From positions 158,231,741 through 158,295,740 of the forward strand of contig CM041465.1 of assembly GCA_023213395.1 (NCBI GenBank): a stretch of 64,000 bases of DNA. Reading direction: 5' to 3'. Positions 50,650-62,334 of the stretch are shown here, piece by piece (positions within the stretch are counted from its first letter, which is position 1; each line of letters opens with the position of its first letter). This DNA comes from Cycas panzhihuaensis (lineage: Eukaryota; Plantae; Cycadophyta). A program made the position numbers and the translations under genes. Below the pieces are notes generated by a model. The model had not been told where the DNA came from, ran no database searches, and worked only from the letters and a program-made list of their open reading frames with translations.

Positions 50650-53600
50650 GCCTAAATTTTATCTAAGTTAGATATGATTATCCTTTGATAATGCTTTAGT
50701 GAAGATATCTACAAATTGGACTTTTTGTTTTACAGTGTTGAAGCTAAACTTGTTAATTATAAATGAGTTCTCTGATGTAATGATGTCTAATATCCATATC
50801 CTTTGTTTTGTTGTATATAACTAGATTTTTGGTCATTTGGATTATACTTTGATTGTCATAAAAGATCATTGTTGGTTCTTATTAAGGTTGATGAAGGTCT
50901 TTAAGAATTTTTCTAAGTCAAATTTCTCATCTTCCTACTAATTTAACTACTTTATATTTTATTTCTATTATAGATCAAGAAACTAATGGTTGTTTCTTTG
51001 CATTCCATAATATTGATGTTAAACTAACATTGAATACATATCCTAAAATTAATTTTTTATCTTTAATATCACTTGATTAATCTATATCAATGTACCAAAA
51101 TCCATAGTTTAATGTTCCTTTTATATATTTAAGGATTCTTTTTACTGCTTCTCAATGTTATTCCTTTGGTTCTAATATGTATCTTAAAGTTAAGTTCACT
51201 ACATATGTTATGATCAATCGAGTATTTATCAAATAAATCATGTTTCCTATTAATTGATGATACATAGTAGAATCAACTAAAATGAAATCTTTATTTTTAC
51301 TTAACTTCAACCCAAGTTTATCAAGGGTAGAATTTAACTTCCATTCACTCATGTTGAATTTCTTTAATATATCAATAGCATGGTTACTCTATTACATGTG
51401 GGTTCCTTCTTTACCTTGCCAAATTTTCATACCAAGGAAGTAATGTAATTTCTCTAGATTTATTATTTTAAATTCTAATATCATGTCATTCTTAAATTCT
51501 TAGAACATTTTATTACCATTGCCTATATAAATAAGATCATCAACATAGAGAGAAATTATAAGTATTGAAGTATCTGTAGTTTTTACATGCAAATCTAGAT
51601 CTTATAGGTATCTCAAAAATCCTTTATCCTAAAATTATTTATTAATTATAGAATACCAATCTCTTGTAGTTTATTTTAGTCCATATAAAGGTTTTTTCAA
51701 CTTGTATACTAAGTGTTTTTTTTCCTTGTTTTTCAAATCATTGAGGTTGTGCAACATAAATTTCTTCATTAATGTATCCATTGAGAATTGTTAACTTGAC
51801 ATCTATTTGATATATAGTCCATCATTAATATAAAACTATGGATAGGATACTTCTAATTCTATCCATCTTGGCAACTAAAGCAAAGGTTTCTCTATAATCA
51901 ATTCCTTCTTACTAAGCATAACCATTAGCCACAAGTCTTGCCTTATATTTATTAATAATTCCATTAGATTTATACTTGGTTTTATGAACCCATTTTGTTC
52001 CTATCACTTCTTTATTAATAAGTAACTTGACGAAATTTTATATTTTATTTTTTATCAAGAAATTATATTATGCTTCTTTAACTTTAGCATGATTATTATT
52101 GTTAATAACTTCATAAGACTATGGCTCATAGTTTTGTTCAACTTGAGATATCAATGCATAGTTAACTCTAGCTTGAGATTTATTTAACTTTTTGTTAAAA
52201 ATTTTATTAAGCATAGCTTTTGGATTATGATTTCTAACTAGTTATTTTGGACCTATAGATTGTTCTTGACTTAATAATGATGAACATAGAGTAGAACTTA
52301 AATCTTGACTTGAACTTAGAGTTGGAGTCAATATCGATGGAGATAATTTCTGAAGTGGAAATATTTTTAAATTAACTCTAATAATAACCCATTTTCCTTT
52401 GTCTTCTTTAAGTTTATAGATTGCATTCTCATCAAAAATCACATCTCTACTTATTATGAATTTCTTTGTAATTAGCTTAAATAATTGATAGGCCTTTTGT
52501 TCACTTGAGTAGCCTATGACAATGCACTTGACACTTTTACTTTCCAACTTAAATCAGTTCTCATCATGAATGTGAGCATAAGTATTGCACCCAAAGATTT
52601 TTAAATGCAAAACATTTGACTTATATCTTATCTAACACTCTTCAAGAGCTAAGTCCTTAGTTGCCTTTATAGGACTTTTGTTTAGTAGATATACAACAAT
52701 AATTACTACTTTAACCCAATATTTATTACTTAACTCTTTTGTCTTAAGCATATACCTAACTATTTCTATAACTATTCTAATTTTCCTTTGAATAATTCCA
52801 TTTTGTTGAGGTGTATATGGAGTAGTGAATTATATTCTTATGTCAACTCTATTATAGAAATCTCTAAAATTGTTTGAAATAAACTCATCACCATTATCTA
52901 AATAAAGAGTTTATAATATATAACCACTTTGTCTTTTAGCTATAACTCTAAATTCAACAAATCTAAAAAATATTTAAGACTTTTCTTTAAGGAAATACAC
53001 CCAAAATTTTCTTATAAAATTATCAATAAGAATCAAGAAAAATATGACATTTCTAAATATTAGAGTTCTTATTAGACTGTATACATATACATGTACTAAC
53101 AAGAGTGGATCTATAGATTAGAAATATGAATCAAGAAAAATTTCTCTATGTTATTTTCCATAGATATAACCTTTATAAACTCCATTATTACCATGAATAG
53201 CTAAAAGCCTTATAGCTATATTTTTCTTTTTAAAAGTATTAAGTGTGCCATAATTGAGATGACTAAATTTATAATACCAAAGTATGTTATCATTTGATAT
53301 TGAAGTATTCAATACTTGTATAAGTGGAAAAAATAAAAGTTTAAATAATCTATCTTTCGTTATTTGGTCTCTTGTAACTATAACACCATTATTCAACTTA
53401 TCACTTATTTTACATTCTCCATTATTAAAGACTACCATGTATTGTTATTCCATTATTTGACTAATAGATAATAGATTCCTTGTCATTCCGAGTATAAATA
53501 AGAAATTTTAAATATTCTTATTTGCTCTACCTTCAATTTGAATTATTTTAACTCCTTATCCTTGGACTTTCTGTGTATTATCATTTCCAAAAAAGACTTT

Positions 53601-54840
53601 TCTTTGATTGTTTTCTTCATGAATCTTAGAAACATATTTGCATTATAAGACATATGAGTTGAATAACCATAATCAATATACCATTCATCTTTCCTATTAG
53701 AAGTTTGAACATTCTAACTTATATAGAAAATATTTTATTCTTTATCAGTTATAATATTGGCTATGTTATCTTTATGGCATTCATATTAATAGTGTCCTTC
53801 CATTCCATACTTGTAGTAAGAAGCACCAAAAACTCTTCCTCTTTTAATTCCTCTTGATGGTGTTCTTCCTCTTCTTCTTGAAGAACTCCTTTCTCTTAAT
53901 GGAGTGAGATTCTTTCTTCTTGTATAGTTTCTTCCTCTTAATCTTCCTCTTCTTGACTGAAATTATCCTTGTTACCCTTGTCCATATCCATATCCATATC
54001 TAAAATTGCTTTATCCATAATTTGATGCCAATGAAGATGCTCCTACTAGTCCTTATCCTAGTCCATATCCATATCTAAAATTATCTTATCCATAATTTAA
54101 TATTGATGAAGATGCTCTTTCTTATCCTTGTCCATATGAATATGTTAGTGGTGGAGTTATTCCTTGATTTGATGATCCCCTAAATTTTTCTCTCAAAAAA
54201 GCCTTAGAAGCAAAGGCTTGTTCTAAATTATCAATTAAACTCTTCTTTTTCTTTTTTATCAATAATATTAATAGTAACTCATCAATATTCAATGTTGATA
54301 AGTCCCTTATCACTCCTATAGTTGAAATAACTAATTCAAATTTCCTTATCTCTTATATACATCTCAAAATTTTCTCTACAACTCTTTATTTAGGTACTTG
54401 CTAACCTAATGCACTCAATTAGTTTACAAAATCCTAAACTCTAGTGATAAAGGAATTGATAGATTCTATAGCATACATCTTGAGATTCTCAAAGTTTCTC
54501 CTTAAATTTTGAATCCTAGTGTTTATACTATCTTCAAATGATATTTTCAAAGTAATTCAAGCATCATAAGAAGTAAGAAGATTACAAATGCAAGGAAATA
54601 TATCATCATGAACATTATGAAATACAATTGCAAGTGTTTCACTATCTTTTCTTTTTATTTCTTCATTTAAATTCTCTTGATAAGGAGTCAAATTAGTTGT
54701 AAGAGAAATCAGAAAAGAAGCATATAATCTTTAAAAACAATCTTCCAAAATTACTTAGCTTACAAAGTAGGCTTTATTTTTCTTGACCATATGAAATAAT
54801 TACATTCATCAAGCTTAGGAACCACCAAAAAAGTATCCAT
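50650..54840 (-). pseudogene. gag-pol of L
   Basis: VPKLDECNYFIWSRK; RDLSTLNIDELL; zinc knuckle; LWYYKFSHLNY; KCIVIGYSSEQKAY...ISRDVIFDE; KYKARLVA; LYVDDL; DIFTKAL. Confidence 0.92.
53965..54140 (-). repeat. ~75-bp in-frame tandem repeat encoding Gly/Tyr/Gln-rich Gag segment
   Basis: TCCATATCCATATCTAAAATT...TTATCCATAATTT...TGAAGATGCTC present twice. Confidence 0.85.
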
Positions 54841-56959
54841 TATAAATGAAATTTGAGTAATTAATATTTGTAAAATCAACTACAAATATAAATTAAGCAT
54901 AATTAAGCACAATCATAATCAAGAGTATTGGAGAGAGCATAAGCAAGCACATAAATATCCATTCAAAATGGAATATGCACCACTATCACCTACCCTTCTA
55001 ATTGGGACAATCTTTTATCTCCTTTAAACTTTATTAATGAGCTTAATAAGACCACTAATAAGGTTTAAAACAAACTTTCCCTTAGGTTAAATATTAAGCT
55101 TTAATGTTTATGAAATGTTTCTTAAAAAATTACATCAAATGATTATAAAAAATTACTTTGTTGGTTACCACATAGGGCTCCAAATAAAGTGTTAACTTTG
55201 ACTGAAAATAACTCCAAGCTACTTTAAATTATATATCAAAATGGCCATCTTTAAATTATGGTTCTAATAGTTTAGAAGGCTCATAAATTAAACTCTTAAT
55301 TTTAAAGTTATAAGTAAAAAGGCATAGGTACTTGAAAATGATCCAAAAAATTAAATTAGGAGGTTTTTAGCCCCTTTCACACTATATCACTTAGTCACAT
55401 GTTGACTTAATATGACCACCTTCTTAATCAAGGGGTGCTCCATAGACTTCAAAGATAATTCCAATCTAGCTTAATGTATCAAAAAGTTTGTAAAAAGAAA
55501 ATTGCTATTATTAAAAAATTTAAAAGTGATCGACCTTTAATGATTGACTTATAGGCAATGAATCTCTATGAAAATTTCAATCGAACTTTGATTATATTAA
55601 TGGAATCTCCTAAATTTCTTATTTAAATCTCAATATAACTAGAATAGCATGCTATGAGTAAGATATATTAGAAGAGCTCAACAAAGGTGATTGTCATGTG
55701 GATGTAGGGCTATGGACTTCATCGATGTAGGCTTAGGCACAATGTTGCCAACTGAAGTGATGTTATACTTTAATGAAAGCTCAAGCATTAATAAGTGTAG
55801 TCATGTAGGAGCCATAATTAGAGTTTAATAATAGGAAGCTTAGTTGAGGTAATTGTAGGAGCATGTTATGTGGGATGTAAGGCTACTCTTCACCACGGAC
55901 AAAGATGACATATTTCACTCTTCACATAGGAGCTTTTAGTATACCCTTTAAATCCTTCACATGAGGTGAATCTCATGCATATATAGGGGCTTCAACTTGG
56001 TAATATAGTTCATGAAGATGAATGATATGAATGTAGACGAGTCAATCAACTTACAAGGACTCAAATAGAGGAGATTACTATTCATTTATTTTCTTAGGAT
56101 GTTCCACGATAATATGCTCAGTCAAGACGTTCCATGGTAGTGTGCTCAATCAAATAACCATACAAGTAGGGTTTATACATGGGTGAAGGATTTATATGGT
56201 TATAAGGTCAAATCTCAACAATAGAGGCAAACAAAGGAATTTAAATCAAATAGAGTGAAATAGAGTCAACTATAATTAAAACTGGCTTAAAATGAAAGAA
56301 ATAGGCTGAAATAGAGTTAAATAGCTAAAACGATATTTCATTGGTTTTGGATATATATACAAAATAAACTTAAGTGGATTTAAATGGACTCTTCAGTTTG
56401 ATAAACAGAGTCAAGAGTTTAGTCACAAAATAAACTTTTTGACAAGGTTTTGATAGACTTTTTCCTTCAAACAAGCTATGGACCCCTCAATAATAGATTT
56501 CCAGTAACAATGGACAATCAATAAGCATAAGATTAATAAAAAATAATAGCTTTATAACTTACAAGATAGACTTGATGTGATAATAATACTTGGCAACCTT
56601 CAACTAAGAAAAACTTTATTATGATACCTTACTTCAGCTTCTTGTCTTTAGCAAGTGCTCACATTTTAGCTTCTCATCTTCAACAAATTCTCTAATACCA
56701 TGTTATAAATATAACCACATAAGATATCATAATCAAGATTAATAGAATATCATTAGAGTAATTCCATAATGGAGCTCAGACATAATTATAATGAATTAGA
56801 ATCTCATTCATCTTACATCTCACCATGTAGGTATACTTATAGTCATGTTATGGGTATATGTACCTCATTTATAACCAATCACATTTTACCTTTATGTTAA
56901 CCAATCATACATAACCTTTTACTTAACTAGTTACATTGAATATGCATTATCTTCCAATA

Positions 56960-58586
56960 ATTACCTCCCTCTATGGAAGTGAAATCTCATATGAGCAAGT
57001 TTATTTTGTTTAAATCAAAAATGATAATGAGATGACCATAATATAATCTTCACTCTTATCTTGTTTCAAACCCTCAATATGATGTAATATTGTATATATT
57101 TTATCAAAGGGAAAAATAAATAAGGTTCTTACAAGAATAATTCTTCTAAGTGGACATAAATAAAAAGTAAGTAGAGGAAAAAGGGAAAATACAAGCGCTT
57201 AAGCAAAAGGAATGAAGAAATAATGTAGAAATGCATAAAATTGAAAAAAATAATGGAACAAAGGACTATATATTTAATTTTTATATGTTCATGAAAAGGA
57301 AAAGGGGGTCATTATCTTGATCTACTTAGGTTAAACTAGTAAGTAAATAACTCAAAAGGAATGAAATAGAATTTGATACTCAAAATCATATTTTACTAGT
57401 CTTGAGTTAAATAATTCTATCATTTAAAAATCCTTGTTTTACACATAACTTAGGATATATATTTATGGCCTTCCTATATATTCAATATTGAATCCATACA
57501 AATATCATCAGACACTCCCTAATGTATACTCGTATAATATTCAAACTCAAAATAAGTGGAAAATATAAGGATTTATCAATGGATAAGAAAGACTAATATA
57601 GGATAAGGATTATTACTTTCTCAAAACAAATAATTTACCTCAAAACATCAAATAAAGTGCTTAAGAAAATGAAGTAAATAATCGTTGACAAAAATGATTT
57701 GTGCTTTATTTTAATACATTATGTATATAATATGATGATTGAGTGCTTTGAGCACTACCCAACATAGTCAATTGATACACAATTAATGCCAAATTGAATG
57801 AGGACTCAAAGCCTTTAGTAGCAAATATTCTTACTAAGTATTTATTAGCTCATTTAATCCATTATGAGTGATAATATCCCTCACTAAAAATGTTGCCCTA
57901 GTTACATATATGAATAATATATACCAACAAAAAGAGAGGATATGATCAAAAGAATGAGAATTCTAAAGAAGCCTAAAGAGAGCATTAGAAAAAAAATCCC
58001 CTCCCCCTTAACTATCCCAGGGAATGCTTACTTATAGTGTAATACCTTTTGTTGTAGTCCTTCTCCACTTGGGCTATAAGTTAGGAGTAAAATATCTCCA
58101 TTAATAACGTAGGTTTTTATGCTTGTTTTGTTAATTAGTAACCATTATATTGAGGAAATACTTGTGTCTCTTAATGAGACAACATAATCAATATTGAGTT
58201 TTTGGTGTGATAATATCCTGTCCATGGGTTTGAGTTACTATCATTATAGAGGTGCGCTTAGTCATTAGGATAATTATGCTTGATGTATTACTATTAGGAA
58301 AAATTGTGTACAACCATTGGAATAGTCCTCAAGGAGTTGCATCTATTAGCAACCACCTCAAAGTTAGCTAGTTATGGCACTAATCTATCTTTCCTATGTA
58401 GAGGTTAGATCTAAGGCCTTATATGAACCATGCTTTATTTAATCTACCATATAGGAAACCATATGGAAAATGGGAAGGAAACATGCTATTTTATGATACT
58501 TGCTATCCTCCACTTATGGGAGTCTTTAAGATCATATTTTTACCTTCAAGGATTAACCCCTATATTATATTATCTAACTTCATTTC
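56960..58586 (-). repeat. Left (3') LTR of M, main part; true right boundary not determined
   Basis: Collinear with ~62390-64000. Confidence 0.85.
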
Positions 58587-60299
58587 ATCATATTTGATTA
58601 TTCTCCTACACTATAATTCTTAATAAAGGATCACCTTCTCAATTTGGGTAATACCTATTTTTCACAATTACTTACTTACATGTGGGGGATCATGAGTAAC
58701 CATATAATTGAAGTCTACTTTAATTGTCTATTACTCTTAGAACATACCACATCTTATAAACCTTATATAGATTTACCTACCATGACATCTCTCTAATCTT
58801 TCAAAATGAGGAGTTACTCTTATTGACCCCTTCCAAACAATACTTAATTATTGTGATTCTTCCCTTTGTCTAGAAATCTATTTTTATAACCAGTTGAGTT
58901 AGACATGGGTGTTTAGAATGATTTATTTATCATAAGTTCTTGAGATCAGATATGAGTTCCTTATTAAATGAACACACAACCACTTTTATAAAGTACCAAT
59001 CCTATTACAATGATTAAAAGGTTGAGTAACCATGTTGAGTAATTATCACTTAATCATGAGGCAAGAAGGGATAATTAAGGTTACTTTATAAAGTGCCCTT
59101 TATAATCGAGGATTTCAATCTCCTTAATATACATATTAGAGCCAATCCATTAGACTCTTTTATTTCTTAGAGATACATCCCCACTTAATCATTTTGCTAC
59201 ATATGTAGGCATTTTGTGAAGTTTTACCCTTTTACTAATTCTTAATTAATGTCTTCCTGCTTGATAGCTTGCCATTAGATGATTACTTTTTGTCTTTCCT
59301 AATCTAGAAGATAGATATTACACACAGGGGATGATATAGTGCATATGTTCTTTAATCTAATTTTCTTGGTCATTTGTCATTTTATTTCCCGTGTACATGA
59401 TTCCCATAAGTATTATGCCCATTGGATATAGTCTTATGGATTTTATGCTTTCATTTTCTTGCCTCCTTACTCCTTGCTTTGGCCATTATTTTTAGAAAAA
59501 TAATCCCCAGAATAGGACTTCCTTAGGGACAACAAGTTATTGGAGTGATTGTTATCACCTATTTATCTCCCATATTAACTTCACCTGCTAGATATGTTCC
59601 TGTGAAACAATCTCCTATATGATTATTTATCAAATGAGTGCTTCATGTAGGTCCATGACCCATGGGAAAGGCTTATTTATAATTCATTTTTTCATAGATT
59701 TAACTCCCATGTTGACTTCTCCAACTCTATATTTCTTTTGCAAAATCATTTACTTTAGGATTTATCCATTTCTTTCACTAGGATTATACTCCATTTATTC
59801 CTCATTTTAGGTGATAAAAATGAAGGGTAATATTAGCCTTCTTCTTTTTATTAACCCTTAATGGGTTGATAAAAACATAAAAAGAATAGATAACATCTGT
59901 TAATTGTGAGCATGGTGACTCAAAACCCTTTAACTACTTGAGATAGATTAAGTAGCCTTTCTTTCTTCTTAAGGTATATCATCTTTTACTCCCTCCTCCA
60001 TTATGACCATAGCCTGTGTGCTCATGAAATATAACTATATTGATAGTGCGAGAAATAGACACCCTATGTAGCCACTTATTCTTATCTTTAAGACAGAAAA
60101 AGAAATCTTACCTTAATATATACAAGGGAAAAGTACTAAGTATATGATTAATGGCTCAATTTAGATTCCTTTTATTTAAGCACTAAGTATTTTTCCATGT
60201 GCTATCCACCACTATTAGAGTAGGGACTCAAGACTCCACTTGGTTAGTAGGAGATTACTAAAATACTGATGATGAGGCAAGAGTACCTCCTTTTCAGAG

Positions 60300-62230
60300 A
60301 CTAAAAAACAATCAAAGTATCCTTTGGTACACAAAACCTTTGATCAGTGATTTTAGTGGGAACCTTAAGCTTGCCATTAACCTCTTGTTCTTATTATATT
60401 GTATAAAAGAGAAATTAATTATAAAATAAGAACTAAAATATGTAAAGTAGGGATAAAAAAGAATGAAACTTGGTTGTATGTAATTTAACTCTAACTCTTC
60501 CTTTGAGGTACCATGTTCTTTTAATATGTCTTGAGATTCATAAATTTCCTTAGAGATTGTTGCTTGAGGGACTACTTCTAGGGTTTGCTCCATTATAGTC
60601 TTAGTAGTAAAGTCTTCTTCTTAATTTCCTACTATAAACAACATGGATCCACATCCTTTGAATTTTTAGGATGGACTCCCAAAATTAGACTGTAATGCTT
60701 GAGCAAAGTAAATCTCATGGCTATATGAGGGCAAATCATTCAAATAGGATAGGAAAATAGATACCTCTCCTTCAAAATCCAAATTTATCATTGTATTCCA
60801 ATTTGACTTAATCTTCTCAAAAAATATTTCTAAGTCACTAATGTAATCAACTTTATCCTTTTGTGGTGCTACATTGACAAGATATCTTATCATCTTGACT
60901 TTAACTAGATCAATGATCTTGAGTTCTTAATAAGCCTCTAGATCATTCATGGGTTCTTCATCCTTGAATTCATGACCTTATACTTGCTCTTCACTATTAA
61001 GAATATTTTTAAATTAGAGCATAATAAAGTTAGAATCATGTCATTCTTCTCACTATCTTCTATATCTTTTGAAGAATTAATTTTGTGGAGATTTTCCAGT
61101 GTTCATCCATTTACTTTCAAGACTTCTAAATCACTTTTAGAATCAAAATCTATGTCGACTATCTCCTTGCCATAAAGTAAACTGAAGACTAAATTTGGAA
61201 TATTGTCTATCACCCCTATAAAAGATGTGGAATCTATAGGAGATAGAGCAGGAAATGAGTACACTTTGTTAAGCTCTTTGGTATTATCCTTGACATCTTT
61301 AGTTTCAGTTGCATGTAATTTATCTACATACTAAAGCTCTACATCATCCAAAAAAACATCACTTATGTTGATAGTTTGAGGTAGCTTACTACCTTTTATT
61401 ATTAAGGAAAGAGTGATTGAATCTTCCAACTTGATGATCTCTTATTCTTGGAGACACAAACTATTAGTCTACACTATTGGGTTACATTATATATCCTCCA
61501 CCTTATGGATACTTGATTTCTATTTTGAAATTCCTCTCATCTATCATCATATAATCAAACTTAGTATCCTAGTTAGGCTCATCAGATTCTTCTTGGGAGG
61601 GACATAACATATTCCAATTCTCTATGATCATTCCAAAATATAGGGAAAGAGCTTCTATATTTTGAAGGTAGACTATTCATTTCAAGACTACCTAGGTTTT
61701 TACATCTACGTTTAGACCCTTGATGAAACAATTTATGAGGTATTGCTCTCTTAGTCTGTATTCAAGGCCGATTTGATCAAGGAAAATATGGAACCTTTCT
61801 ACATAGGCAAAGAAATTTTATGTGCTCTTTTTCGTTATACTGGATAATTCCCTCAATAATGTTGTAATCCTTTCATGACTTTCAAATCTCAATTTAAAAA
61901 CATACACCAATTTGTTCCAATTATGAATGGAGGTGGCTAGTAAGGAATTGAACCAAGGCATAACTTCTCCTATTAAAGAATAGACAAATAATTATTTCTT
62001 TAATTTTATACCTTTTGCATGTAGTACAAAAGTCCATAATATGTCTTTTGACTAAACATGACTCAACCCTACTAAACTTAAGACAATATCTTAGAACATG
62101 TACTAGAAAATTATGGAATGAATCTTCTAGATCTAGAGGACTATTACAAAATGATGAAAGGATATCTTCCTATTTAGTCATACTTATGACAACTTATATC
62201 TCTTGTAGATTATAGGGCTCCCCATGTACT
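60300..62230 (-). pseudogene. gag of M plus acidic extension
   Basis: HIMDFCTTCKR and GEVMPWFNSLLATSIHNWNKLVYVFKLRFE (Retrotrans_gag-type), followed by ORFs 60666-60893 and 60312-60593. Confidence 0.7.
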
Positions 62231-62313
62231 CCTTGGAACTATGAAGTGAAATAAATACATATACAAATCATTAGCTCTTTCAAAAATTACAACAAAGGCC
62301 TTTTTGGGGGAGT

Positions 62314-62332
62314 GTCCCGAGTATGGTCACTA
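62314..62332 (-). promoter_or_regulatory. Putative PBS of M (tRNA-Arg-like)
   Basis: TAGTGACCATACTCGGGAC restores to TGGCGACCA...GGGA; 2 nt from the LTR edge. Confidence 0.55.
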
Positions 62333-62334
62333 GC

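Larger units (their letters stand above)
50399..56959 (-). mobile_element. Element L: full-length decayed Ty1/copia inserted in the left LTR of M
   Basis: LTRs 50399-50639 (18 bp short) and 56701-56959; TSD ATTGC/ATTAC; PBS remnant TCTCTAATACCA 56689-56700; the empty site is visible in M's other LTR (~62389-62400). Confidence 0.92.
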
